Numbered from the stretch's first letter, positions 12,095-22,096 are shown. The stretch: 64,000 bases of DNA from Ignavibacteriota bacterium (GCA_963727825.1 CAVSHO010000009.1:832001-896000); one strand, 5' to 3'. Translations and numbers: made by a program. The notes: a model not told the origin generated them from the letters alone.

Positions 12095-13632
12095 TGACCT
12101 TTAAATGAGATAACGATTGATGTCGTGTCTTTTGAACGCACTGTCACCTCGCGAACAATATCTCTAAAATATGTATTCTTAAAACGTACTTGATATTTTC
12201 CAGGTGAAAGCATAATCGGCTTTTCTAAAGGAGTCGTATCCTCATACTGGTCATTAATATATATTTTTGCCCATGGAGTGGCAAGGCAATTTAAATAACC
12301 GACATTGTCCAAGAAATTTGCTGTAACAACACACTCTCTAAAAGGCAACACAGTGATTGTTTGCGTGATTGGATCAAAAGAAGGGTTAACAAACCAAATT
12401 AAATGCTTGCCTGCAGCAACAATTAATGGTTTACTGAGGGGAGTTTCACCGATACAGTTGCTATCCACATACACTTTTGCCCATGGTGTGCTTGTAAATA
12501 TAACAGTGCCCGAATCTGTCGCCGTTTGATCAGTTACATTAGATAAAACAACTTCTGGTTTTGATGTTAATATTTTTTGAATGGGTTTACTCGCCCCTCG
12601 AATAGACGTATCTTTGTTAGGCTTCAAATTACTATCTATGGTTCTCGATATAGAATTAGAATCAATGTTTAAGAATGCTTTGGTTTGGATCATATGCTTT
12701 GAATCAGAAATTCTATTTGGAAGAAAGAATATTATAGCAATAATCAATATAGCAATTCCGCTTAAAACAGAAAATAAACGTTTTACGGAGGAAGAATGTC
12801 GGTCTGAAGCATCGATGGAAATATTGGAATCCTTTTCGTCAAAAGCATTAAGCGCATCTTTTGAGCTGACAAACCGGTTTTGTTTCTTCGGTGCCATTAA
12901 TAGTTTAAGGAAACGTACAAACTCTACAGAAGATTGTTCTGTAAATTGATCTAACATTTCAATGTTAAATGCCAAGATTTTCTTTGCACAATCCGCATAT
13001 GAATTTCCTTCAAAAATTCGCTCACCGGTAAGAACTTCAATTAAAGTAGCACCAAGAGCAAATAAGTCTGTTCGCTGGTCAACCTCTTCGTGCCGGATTT
13101 GTTCAGGCGACATGTACGCAGGCGTACCAAGCACCACTCCCTGTGCGGTAACAGATGGAACGGAAGCAAGGGATGCCAAACCGAAATCCGATATTTTAAA
13201 TGTTTCGGTTGTAGTAACGAGAATATTACCCGGCTTTATATCCCGATGAATTATGCCTTGTTCATGTGCCGTTACAAGGCCTCGAAGTGTATGCAGAGCA
13301 ACTTTTTGCGTATATGCCAAGGTGCGAGTACAACCATTGGTAATAAGCTGCTTTAATGATGTTCCCTCAACAAACTCCATTACGATTGCCGGACAGTTTT
13401 CATATTCGGTTAATGTATATACCTGTACAATGTATTCAGAGCGAAGAGCTGCACATGCCTGTGCTTCACGCATAAATCTTTGACGCAGGTCTGGATCAGC
13501 AGCATGGTGCTTGTGCAGAACCTTCAATAGGATACGACGCTGCAATACAGGATCAAATGCCCGGTAAACGCTGGTAAAAGTACTTTCGTGAATCTTTTCT
13601 TCGATAATAAACTGCATTATTATTTGGCCCAA
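12091..13632 (-). CDS. Membrane Hanks-type Ser/Thr protein kinase with two extracytoplasmic PEGA-like domains
   Basis: HRDIKPGN, DFG, GTPAYMSPE; one TM helix; STPWAKVYVD...GETPL and ATPWAKIYIND...TTPL repeats. Confidence 0.92.
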   Translation of the reverse strand: MGQIIMQFIIEEKIHESTFTSVYRAFDPVLQRRILLKVLHKHHAADPDLRQRFMREAQACAALRSEYIVQVYTLTEYENCPAIVMEFVEGTSLKQLITNGCTRTLAYTQKVALHTLRGLVTAHEQGIIHRDIKPGNILVTTTETFKISDFGLASLASVPSVTAQGVVLGTPAYMSPEQIRHEEVDQRTDLFALGATLIEVLTGERIFEGNSYADCAKKILAFNIEMLDQFTEQSSVEFVRFLKLLMAPKKQNRFVSSKDALNAFDEKDSNISIDASDRHSSSVKRLFSVLSGIAILIIAIIFFLPNRISDSKHMIQTKAFLNIDSNSISRTIDSNLKPNKDTSIRGASKPIQKILTSKPEVVLSNVTDQTATDSGTVIFTSTPWAKVYVDSNCIGETPLSKPLIVAAGKHLIWFVNPSFDPITQTITVLPFRECVVTANFLDNVGYLNCLATPWAKIYINDQYEDTTPLEKPIMLSPGKYQVRFKNTYFRDIVREVTVRSKDTTSIVISFKGQ

Positions 13633-15101
13633 TCTTTAAGACGATATTGAAGCCACCGTAACGATACACCCAGTTTTTCTGCGGTTCGGCGCCTATTACC
13701 ATCCACCTCTTTTAATGTCGCCTCGATAACCTGTCTTTCCATTTCTTCTAAAGTCATTGAAGAAGGAAACAAAGAATCTGATTTATTTATATCAAATATG
13801 AAATCATTTGCTGTTAATTGTGTCCCATTGCATAGAACTACCGCTCGTTCAATAGCGTTTTGGAATTCCCGAACATTGCCTCTCCATGAGTTATTCAAAA
13901 GTAATTGCATAGCATCCGGATGAATACTTTCTACCGGGCGTTTGTACATTTTAACAGCTCGCTGGAGAAAATGCTTAGATAGAAGGGGAATGTCATCTTT
14001 ACGCTCGCGCAATGGGGGCAAGTGAATGTCAACAACATTAAGCCGGAAATAAAGATCATCACGCATTTTTCCATTTTTTACTTCATCGTTCAGATTCTTG
14101 CTAGTTGCAGCAATGATTCGAATATTTGCCGATCTGTTAATTGTGTCTCCAACGCGACGATATTCTTTTTCCTGTAGTAATCGAAGGAGTTTAGATTGGA
14201 GCGGATATGGAAGATCAGATATTTCATCTAAAAATAATGTTCCGCAGTCGGCAACTTCCACCAATCCCTTTTTTGTATTGCTTGCACCTGTGAAAGCTCC
14301 TTTCGTATATCCGAAAAGCTCGCTTTCGATTAATGATTCTGGAAAAGCAGAACAGTTTACAGCTACGAAGGGAAACCCCTTCCGCGAACCGTTTTCATGA
14401 ATAGCACGGGCTACTAGTTCTTTTCCTGTGCCGCTTTCGCCAGTAACGAGCACAGCAACATCAATATCGAGAACACGCCTGGCAATCTCCAATGCACTTA
14501 TCCATTTCTTACTTGTTCCCACAAGCGAAGAAAACAAATGCGTCACCTCAGCTTCACTCTTAAGACGTTCGTTTTGTTTCTGAAGCTCTGTATAGCGTTT
14601 TGCATTCTCGATGGCAATACCTGCAAGGTTGCCGAAGATGGTTAAGAATTTTAAAGACTCCTCCGTGAATTCTTTAAGCATTTTGCTGCTATCCAAATAC
14701 ACGGCGCCAAAAGTGCTATTCCCGGTCTTAAGAGGAATACAAATAATGGAAAGAATTTTCTGGGCAATAATGCTTGTGGAGGAGTCAAACCGTTCATCGT
14801 TTTGGGCGTCGAAGGTAAGCACAGCTTCACCGGTATCAAGGACATTTTTAATAACTGACGAGGATGCTGCAATTTCTGAAGTTGCTTTTTGGGAGGAAAA
14901 ATTCTTTACAACAGCAACATCATAACCGTTTTCTTTGTCTGGATTTGACAAAATGACAAATCCGCGTTCAGCAGAGAGGCGAGTCATTGCGATTTCCAGA
15001 ACTTGTTCCAATAACTCGGTTGGCTCTAAAACAGAATTCACCGATTTAGCGATTTGATATAAAGCATCAAAGTTTTCTTGAAGTGTTTGTTCAGTTGTCA
15101 T
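13620..15101 (-). CDS. GAF-domain sigma54-dependent transcriptional activator (bEBP)
   Basis: N-terminal GAF; GESGTGKE, GAFTGA, LFLDEI, WRGNVREF; Fis-type HTH. Confidence 0.95.
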   Translation of the reverse strand: MTTEQTLQENFDALYQIAKSVNSVLEPTELLEQVLEIAMTRLSAERGFVILSNPDKENGYDVAVVKNFSSQKATSEIAASSSVIKNVLDTGEAVLTFDAQNDERFDSSTSIIAQKILSIICIPLKTGNSTFGAVYLDSSKMLKEFTEESLKFLTIFGNLAGIAIENAKRYTELQKQNERLKSEAEVTHLFSSLVGTSKKWISALEIARRVLDIDVAVLVTGESGTGKELVARAIHENGSRKGFPFVAVNCSAFPESLIESELFGYTKGAFTGASNTKKGLVEVADCGTLFLDEISDLPYPLQSKLLRLLQEKEYRRVGDTINRSANIRIIAATSKNLNDEVKNGKMRDDLYFRLNVVDIHLPPLRERKDDIPLLSKHFLQRAVKMYKRPVESIHPDAMQLLLNNSWRGNVREFQNAIERAVVLCNGTQLTANDFIFDINKSDSLFPSSMTLEEMERQVIEATLKEVDGNRRRTAEKLGVSLRWLQYRLKDWAK

Positions 15102-16135
15102 TGTACTACAAATGCCGCCTCTTTAGAACGCGAATAATTGCCGAAATCATCAATCACCGAGACGGTCCATACGTAATTTCCCGAAACCAATGTTTCACCG
15201 CTATTGTCGCCAGGGAATTGAAATGCATTATTAACCGAACCTATCCGGGAATATGTCCCTATGTCATTACGAACGCCGGAAATAATCTGTGAAAGCGTTA
15301 CCGAATACGTATAGTTAAAACTGACGCCAGATATAGAAGACCAATGCAGCACCGGTGTTGAACCAGTTGTATCCTTTACCGATGTAGAAGGGTTTGTCGT
15401 TGGCGATATAGGATCCGCCGTGTTTTCAATAATGCGCGACACATAAAATGGATTGCTATAATTTATTGCATAATGTAAATCTCTTGATCGGATTTGTAAG
15501 GGTTTACTCACTAACCACTGTATCGTATTCGTTGGTAGAGCGGAACTATAGACGGTCGCCTGAAATAACCGGGTAGAAATAGAATATGTCATTGGAAAAA
15601 AAAGAGTATCTGATATCAAAGAGCCAGTCGAGTCGTATGTAACAAAAAACCAAACAGAATCAATGTCGGTAATACCATTCGGGTCGGCAACAGATGCAGT
15701 AACATCAACAAAATATTGTGGACCAGGATAATACTGATCGATTTTTCTAGTATAAATGTTTTGAGATACAACGTAAGGGGCTCCATTCATATCAAAATGA
15801 ACTTGAGCTGTTGTTTGAGTTTGCAGAACTATATGCAGAGTGTCCGGCGTATAATTAGATTTTGTACAAATAAGAGTTTGAGTTCCTATTGTAAGGCGAT
15901 CAAAAGAAAAAGCGCCCGAAGCATTAGAAATAGTTGAAATGCCATCTTCCCTTGACGTAATAGTGGCAGAAGAAAGAGGAGTGCCTTGATTTAAAATAGA
16001 AACAGTTCCGGTTAAACTTGTCGTAGAAACGTATTGCGATGATTGTGGGTCGACAGGATTATCATGCGGTGCATCATTACATCCGTAGAAAAAACCGATT
16101 GGAAAAATTATTATATAATAAACGTATTTTTTCAT
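15098..16135 (-). CDS. Lipoprotein with carboxypeptidase-regulatory/Ig-like beta domains
   Basis: Lipobox FFYGC followed by DAPHDNPVDP; Thr/Ser-rich beta-sandwich character. Confidence 0.75.
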   Translation of the reverse strand: MKKYVYYIIIFPIGFFYGCNDAPHDNPVDPQSSQYVSTTSLTGTVSILNQGTPLSSATITSREDGISTISNASGAFSFDRLTIGTQTLICTKSNYTPDTLHIVLQTQTTAQVHFDMNGAPYVVSQNIYTRKIDQYYPGPQYFVDVTASVADPNGITDIDSVWFFVTYDSTGSLISDTLFFPMTYSISTRLFQATVYSSALPTNTIQWLVSKPLQIRSRDLHYAINYSNPFYVSRIIENTADPISPTTNPSTSVKDTTGSTPVLHWSSISGVSFNYTYSVTLSQIISGVRNDIGTYSRIGSVNNAFQFPGDNSGETLVSGNYVWTVSVIDDFGNYSRSKEAAFVVQ

Positions 16136-16188
16136 TACAGCATAAATATAGTCTATTTTTTTCTACAGTTACAAGCCAGCAAGCACAA

Positions 16189-16218
16189 AAAAGCCTTTCA
16201 TAAATAAGAAAGGCTTTT
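16189..16218. terminator. Terminator-like hairpin
   Basis: AAAAGCCTTTC-N8-GAAAGGCTTTT. Confidence 0.5.
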
Positions 16219-16471
16219 CATTAAGTCAAGGTATATCCCATTTCTCTTTTACCTGAATAACCCCTTAGCGCTTTTCAGTAATTTTCGCGTTTAGCTTATT
16301 GCGAAGATTGTTTTTGGGATACTATGGTGAATGCAAAGCAGTGACAATCTTCGTTTGCGCTGAACGGACAGATGACAGAAGAGAGAATATTACAAGGATA
16401 ATTATATCAGCAGTGGCCATTCGGCCGCACGAGGATACAGAATAAAATTAGTATTACTAAAATAATATTTG

Positions 16472-16496
16472 ACTTACATTATTAATTTATGTAAGT
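16472..16496 (+). promoter_or_regulatory. Inverted-repeat operator over the TA promoter
   Basis: ACTTACAT-N9-ATGTAAGT overlaps a TTGACT -35-like hexamer just upstream of the antitoxin gene. Confidence 0.6.
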
Positions 16497-16518
16497 TAGA
16501 ATAAAAAGGAGATACACA

Positions 16519-16749
16519 ATGGATACATCGGTGGTAACAGTAAAAGGACAAATCGTTGTTCCTGCGAAAATCCGGCGAAAATTTGGAATCAAAAAAGGGA
16601 CAAAAATCGCGTTTGTTGAGCAAAATGGCAAACTCATAATTCAGCCGCTTGATAAAAATTATTTTGAGAGCCTATCAGGGATACTTGGCACTAACGGCGA
16701 CATGCTTAAAGGATTGATGGAAGATAAGAAAAAGGAGCGCGAACTATGA
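16519..16749 (+). CDS. AbrB/MazE/SpoVT-family antitoxin (VapB-like)
   Basis: VTVKGQIVVPAKIRRKFGIKKG AbrB fold; ATGA overlap with the PIN gene. Confidence 0.9.
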   Translation: MDTSVVTVKGQIVVPAKIRRKFGIKKGTKIAFVEQNGKLIIQPLDKNYFESLSGILGTNGDMLKGLMEDKKKEREL

Positions 16750-17147
16750 AGACAACAGTTCTTGATAGTTATGCAGTAATATCTTATCTGCAGCAGCAGG
16801 AAGGATACGAGGAGGTTGCCGCTGTCTTTGAAGAGTGCGTAACCAAAGACAGGGAAGCATTTATGTGCATTGTGAACTGGGGAGAAGTGATCTATCAGGC
16901 GCTTCGCAGAGGCGGAGAAACACGTGCTAAGTTAGCGGAAGATTCAATAAGGGCTTTACCGATCCAGCTTGTAGAAGTCAACAAAGAACTCACACTTCAA
17001 GCTGCTCATTTAAAAGCATTCAATAAAATGTCTTTTGCAGATTGCTATGCGGCGGCGTTGGCGATGAAAAGGAAATGTGAATTGTTAACGGGAGATAAGG
17101 AATTTAAACAAATGGAAGAGAAGATTAAAGTGCGCTGGATAAAGTAA
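16746..17147 (+). CDS. vapC: PIN-domain toxin (VapC-like)
   Basis: VLDSYA, NWGEV, SFADCYA, LLTGDKEF. Confidence 0.9.
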   Translation: MKTTVLDSYAVISYLQQQEGYEEVAAVFEECVTKDREAFMCIVNWGEVIYQALRRGGETRAKLAEDSIRALPIQLVEVNKELTLQAAHLKAFNKMSFADCYAAALAMKRKCELLTGDKEFKQMEEKIKVRWIK

Positions 17148-17165
17148 AGAAATCGGGAGGATTAA

Positions 17166-17417
17166 ATGGATAACAAGGAATTGTGCGTTAATCTCGCGAA
17201 GGCCGAAACAGAAAAAGAAGTTGTAGATTTATTAAAGCAAGCGGGGCATTGGAATGATCCCAAATCTTGGTCATTTTATGGTGGCGATGAAAGCAATTAT
17301 TCTGATATTGGAAATCAACAAACAAAACCAGAATGTGCCTTGGTGGAAAAACTAATTAACAGTGTCAATGCATCGTTAATAAAAATATCCTGCAGATTTT
17401 CAGAGTCTGCGGGATAA
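17166..17417 (+). pseudogene. N-terminal fragment of a GHKL-type ATPase-like protein
   Basis: IGNQQTKPECALVEKLINSVNA resembles a GHKL N-box (ExxxNxxDA); the ORF stops right after it. Confidence 0.55.
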
Positions 17418-17522
17418 AGAAAAGATGGATATTTGCCTCAGAGCAAAGAATTTTTGAGCACTATATTCAACTATCTAATTCTATCTACGTTTAAGTTAAA
17501 AATCTCCGTAGCGCCATCAAAG

Positions 17523-18692
17523 CTATGCCGAACGCAAAGCATTGACAATATTCAATCGTGCTGCACGAACTGCAGGCAAAAAGCCGCCTGCAAATCCCAT
17601 AAAGAGTGAAAATAAAAGCGAGTTAAAAGCAATTGAAGGCGACAGCGCAAACGAAAATTGCAGCTCAGAAAATGACTGATAATTCAACGTCGAAATGGAA
17701 AAGAATTGCAGGAACGATGCCAAAAATAATCCGATTACCCCGCCGATGAAAGAGAGGGAAAGTGATTCGATTAAAAATGCCGACAACACACTACGGCGCT
17801 TAAATCCGAGTGCGCGCAATGTTCCAACTTCCACCGTTCGATTTGCGACAGCCGCGTACATCGTAATCATCGCGCCGATTGTTGCGCCAAACGAAAAAAC
17901 AACTGTAATGAAAATGCCAAGGATACGGATAAATGTCGCCATTCCCTCCGATTGCTCTTCAAAGAATTTCTTTTCAATCTTCGGCTCGAATTGTTCCAGC
18001 CGCGGTTCGGCATCGAATGCTGCCTTTAAAGCATTAAAAGCATCGGGTTGATCGAGTTTAAACGTTACCGTTGAATAACCGCCCTGGCGATTAAAGGCAT
18101 CTTGTAGTTGATCATTGTCGCCCCATATCTCTGAATCAAACTCGCTCCCGTCGGCATCAAATTTTCCAACAATTGTCCATTGATTACCGCCAAAGGTCAC
18201 CATAGAACCAACTTTTGTACCGATAAAATTTTTTGCTATTGCTGAACCGGTTACAACTTCCCGGGCTCCAGCTTTAAACATTCTTCCTTCTATAATGTGT
18301 ACTTGCGGACGCAAGAGAAATGCTGCCGGTGCAACGCCGCGCACGGTCGCGTTACTTAATCCGCCTGTCTTTTTCTCTAAATTGATGACGACCACAGTTT
18401 CACCTGATACCAGCGGCTTGCCATCAGATTGTTTTGCAATATGCGGCAAAGTTAGCATGACATTTAAATCATTGCTTCCAATAATGCTGGAGATTTCTCC
18501 GTTTGCAGCTTTACGCGCCACGATAACATTGTCCGGCATTCCCGTTGCAACGAGTGTCTTTTGAATGCCATGCGCAAGCATGAGGACCGCAGCGAACACA
18601 AAAACAACAAGTGCAATGCCTGTCATTGTAATCGCTGTTGTAAGTCTGCGCGATTTAAAATTGCGTAATGTATATTTTAAGGGAATTTTCAT
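17523..18692 (-). CDS. ABC transporter permease (MacB/FtsX family)
   Basis: EVGTLRALGF; ends AARLNIVNALR. Confidence 0.92.
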   Translation of the reverse strand: MKIPLKYTLRNFKSRRLTTAITMTGIALVVFVFAAVLMLAHGIQKTLVATGMPDNVIVARKAANGEISSIIGSNDLNVMLTLPHIAKQSDGKPLVSGETVVVINLEKKTGGLSNATVRGVAPAAFLLRPQVHIIEGRMFKAGAREVVTGSAIAKNFIGTKVGSMVTFGGNQWTIVGKFDADGSEFDSEIWGDNDQLQDAFNRQGGYSTVTFKLDQPDAFNALKAAFDAEPRLEQFEPKIEKKFFEEQSEGMATFIRILGIFITVVFSFGATIGAMITMYAAVANRTVEVGTLRALGFKRRSVLSAFLIESLSLSFIGGVIGLFLASFLQFFSISTLNYQSFSELQFSFALSPSIAFNSLLFSLFMGFAGGFLPAVRAARLNIVNALRSA

Positions 18693-18719
18693 GGTTATCC
18701 TCTAATAAGAACATAGAAT

Positions 18720-18873
18720 TCAGGATACATAAGATAGAATGCGTTGAGAATATGCATATAATAATTTTGTAACTTCCTCAAGAAGCATTTTCAACTCCGA
18801 TTGCAAGAACGAAACGATGAGCCTTTTGCAAGACTACAAGGTCTTCAAAAGATTTTGCGGATTCTCTTTCCAT
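18720..18873 (-). pseudogene. Internally deleted four-helix-bundle (23S rRNA IVP-like) gene
   Basis: MERESAKSFEDLVVLQKAHRFVLAI joined out of frame to ELKMLLEEVTKLLYAYSQRILSYVS*; the central part is missing. Confidence 0.7.
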
Positions 18874-18957
18874 CGATCAGTTCCCTCTAAAAAAAACAAC
18901 GAATTATTTTCTTTTTCCAACTTCCTTGTTCTCACTTCTGTCTCCTGCCTTCTATTT

Positions 18958-20118
18958 TTATCCTGCAAATCTTAAACCGTCAACAATCTTTGTTCTCAAT
19001 GCACGCTGGATCGGGAAAATCGAAGCTGCAATACCAATCATTAATGCAGAGCCAGCGGCAAGAATAAGCGTTAAAGGAGTTATAAAAAAGTACGGGAAGA
19101 ATCCTTTTGGCACGAGAGCTTCAATACCCGCAACGACTGGGTATGTAAGCAAAACTCCTGCACCAGCTCCGAGTGCCGAGATGAGTAAGGATTCGCCGAA
19201 AATGAGGCCGAATAAATGTCCACCGGAAAACCCGAGCGTCTTTAGTACTGCGTATTCGCATGTTCGCTCACGTGCAGACATGATCATTGTATTGCCAAGC
19301 ACGAGCATAATAATGCCGATAATGATGTAAGAAACAGCATTCATAGCATTGAGCAGTGAACTGGCACCCGAAATAAATCCCTGTGTAAACGCACGTTCTG
19401 TTTCGGTCTTGGTTGAGTTCGAAGAGTTTTTAAAAAGTGCATCAACCTGTTCCGAAATAGAGGCAGCTTGTGTAGGATCTTTAATCTTAATAATATACCA
19501 CATAACCTGTCCTGCACGCCTGGGCATATCCACTTTCATACGTTCATCGATTGCCGACCAAGGGAAAAACATTTGCGTTGCATCGGTAGATTTATCGCGT
19601 GGCTTATAAATGCCGCGGACAACGAATTCCCATTTACCGGGATAAATGTCACCATCAAGAGGAATAATATCCCCTATCTTAAATCCGTATTGTTTTGCAA
19701 TCTCTGAGCCAATAATACACGAGTTACGTTCCTGTTTAAACGTTTCAAGTTCTTTCGCACCAATAAGGTATTCTGGATATACTTCAAAAATTGTTTCTGG
19801 ATCGGCACCCATACGCGCAAAAAAATTGTTTTTATCTTTATATGTTCCTCCAAACCAATTAGCATAGGACACTGTTTCAACGCCAGGAATTTTTGCTATT
19901 TGGTTGCGATACGAAAGAGGAAGTGGAAAAACGAATGAAACCGCTTGCCGCGTTATTAGGCGATTTGCAGCAGTTGCCTCCAATCCCTCATAATACATAT
20001 CCACAACGGTGCGCAAAACGCCGAATGCCATCACGGCAATTGCCATACCGAGAATAGTAAGTGAAGTACGGAGTTTATGGCGTAATGCATTTTTAAAAAT
20101 AAGTTTAAGTACTCGCAT
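18958..20118 (-). CDS. ABC transporter permease (MacB/FtsX family)
   Basis: ERTCEYAVLKTLGF; MacB-type periplasmic domain. Confidence 0.92.
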   Translation of the reverse strand: MRVLKLIFKNALRHKLRTSLTILGMAIAVMAFGVLRTVVDMYYEGLEATAANRLITRQAVSFVFPLPLSYRNQIAKIPGVETVSYANWFGGTYKDKNNFFARMGADPETIFEVYPEYLIGAKELETFKQERNSCIIGSEIAKQYGFKIGDIIPLDGDIYPGKWEFVVRGIYKPRDKSTDATQMFFPWSAIDERMKVDMPRRAGQVMWYIIKIKDPTQAASISEQVDALFKNSSNSTKTETERAFTQGFISGASSLLNAMNAVSYIIIGIIMLVLGNTMIMSARERTCEYAVLKTLGFSGGHLFGLIFGESLLISALGAGAGVLLTYPVVAGIEALVPKGFFPYFFITPLTLILAAGSALMIGIAASIFPIQRALRTKIVDGLRFAG

Positions 20119-20127
20119 ACTAACTCC

Positions 20128-20802
20128 TTAAGACAATTCGCCTTTATCGAGGTGATGAATAACCGTGGCTTTTTCAACTGCACGCGGATCATGAGTCACC
20201 ATCACAATGGTTTTTTTAAATTCTTTATTTAGGCGCTCGAGCAACGTCATAATCTCTTCGGCCGAGTGTTTATCAAGATCGCCGGTTGGCTCATCGGCAA
20301 CCAGCAATGTAGGATCTGTTACTATAGCGCGGGCAATAGCTACGCGCTGTTCTTGTCCGCCGGAAAGTTGTTTGGGATAATGCCGAGTCCTATCGCCGAG
20401 CCCGACGACATCAAGTGCAAGTTCGACATGCTTTTTACGCTCAGCTTTAGATAATGATGTTAAAAGGAGAGGGAGCTCGACATTTTCGAATGCTGTAAGT
20501 ACCGGAAGTAGATTATAAAATTGAAATACAAATCCAACATGCTGTGATCTCCATTTTGCAAGCGCCGATTCATTGAGTTTTGCAATATCGATACCGCCGA
20601 CTATAATATTTCCTTTGCTCGGACGATCAATGCCTGCAATGAGATTGAGTAGAGTTGTTTTTCCGGATCCAGACGGCCCCATCATTCCGAAAAACTCTCC
20701 TTCCTTTACTTCTATAGTAATATCATTCAGCACGGGAACTTCAAAACTGTCCCGCCAATATGATTTTGAAACATTTTGAACCTGTATAACGGTATTTGCC
20801 AT
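20128..20802 (-). CDS. ABC transporter ATP-binding protein (MacB/LolD-like)
   Basis: [22 protein letters not shown]. Confidence 0.96.
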   Translation of the reverse strand: MANTVIQVQNVSKSYWRDSFEVPVLNDITIEVKEGEFFGMMGPSGSGKTTLLNLIAGIDRPSKGNIIVGGIDIAKLNESALAKWRSQHVGFVFQFYNLLPVLTAFENVELPLLLTSLSKAERKKHVELALDVVGLGDRTRHYPKQLSGGQEQRVAIARAIVTDPTLLVADEPTGDLDKHSAEEIMTLLERLNKEFKKTIVMVTHDPRAVEKATVIHHLDKGELS

Positions 20803-20908
20803 AGTGCAATCCTTTAGTATTGAGAATTCAGGATATATAAATCAGAAAAATGTTGGGGCTTCCAATCTATTTGTATATATAGTTATATGTCACATTCCGT
20901 CTTCTTCA

Positions 20909-22096
20909 TTATTGTATTTTTACTTTTACGCCATCGACAATTGCAGCATTAATATTGTCGATGACTTTTTCTCCAGACGTTATACCGCCAAGGATTTCTG
21001 TCGACGAACCAATGCGGCGACCAACTGTAACAACAACGGAAGTTGCAACATTATCATTCACGCAATACACAATTTTCCTTCCATCTCGCTCCACAATTGC
21101 CGTTGAGGGAACTGATAAAAATGGCTTTTCCTGCATTTCACTTTTTTCCACTTGTTTGGTTAGGAATAAAACTTTTGCGCCCATTTCCGGAAGTACACGA
21201 CTGTCATAATTTCTAAATGCCACTTTTACCATAACAGTCGCTTTTGAACGGTCAGCTGTCGGAACAATCTTTGCAACATACCCCTCGTATCGCAATCCTG
21301 GATACGCATCGAGCGTTATTTCACAAGGCTGATTATTATTTACATTCTCAATATTCGATTCGGAAACGTCAGCTTCTACTTGCAGTGAAGACATATCGGC
21401 AATTGTCACGACAGCAGCTTTTGATGTCACACTTGCCGCCATCGGCACAACCATTTCTCCGATATCGGCATCTTTTGTGAGGACAGTACCGCTGAATGGT
21501 GCACGGATTATCGTATATTCCAATGCAACTTCAGCAGCTTCAACACCATCTTTTGCAAGTTCTATGGATGCCTTAACACGTTGCCATTGGCTTTCTGCGC
21601 TTTCAAAATCTGCCTGGGTCGCAAGGTTTTTTGCCAGCAGCGCTTTTTGTCGCATAAGATTTTGCTCGGCAACCTTCAAATCAGCTTCATTCACTGCTAA
21701 CGATGCTCTTGCTTGTGCCACGGCAGCGCGCATATCTGAATCTTCCAGACGTGCAATGATTTGATCCTTTACTACATGATCACCCTCCACAACACCTAAA
21801 TATACGAGGCGTCCGGTTGCCTTGGAAGCAATAGCCGCTTTTCGCTGAGCGACAACATATCCGCTTGCCGTAAGAATAGCACTGGATTGCGATGGAGACG
21901 TCCATGCTACTGTTGTCAATTTCACTTCTATAACGGGAGCAAATATTTTCTGGTAAAGAACAATGCCACCAACAATAAGAATAATTATTGTCACCGCAAT
22001 TCCGATGAACATTCCGGTTTTCCTGGGTGGGCCATCCTGTCCGCCTTGTGAGCGGTGAATGCGAAGCGCCGATAGATCGATGTTTTTTGTTTCCAT
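20909..22096 (-). CDS. Efflux periplasmic adaptor (MacA/HlyD-type membrane fusion protein)
   Basis: TM anchor, lipoyl halves, IRAPFSG; likely start at METKN (22096). Confidence 0.92.
   Translation of the reverse strand: METKNIDLSALRIHRSQGGQDGPPRKTGMFIGIAVTIIILIVGGIVLYQKIFAPVIEVKLTTVAWTSPSQSSAILTASGYVVAQRKAAIASKATGRLVYLGVVEGDHVVKDQIIARLEDSDMRAAVAQARASLAVNEADLKVAEQNLMRQKALLAKNLATQADFESAESQWQRVKASIELAKDGVEAAEVALEYTIIRAPFSGTVLTKDADIGEMVVPMAASVTSKAAVVTIADMSSLQVEADVSESNIENVNNNQPCEITLDAYPGLRYEGYVAKIVPTADRSKATVMVKVAFRNYDSRVLPEMGAKVLFLTKQVEKSEMQEKPFLSVPSTAIVERDGRKIVYCVNDNVATSVVVTVGRRIGSSTEILGGITSGEKVIDNINAAIVDGVKVKIQ

Noticed and set aside
16288-16366. Possible integron attC site
   Set aside because: Ends read GTT...AAC, the reverse of RYYYAAC...GTTRRRY; no integrase or cassette array nearby
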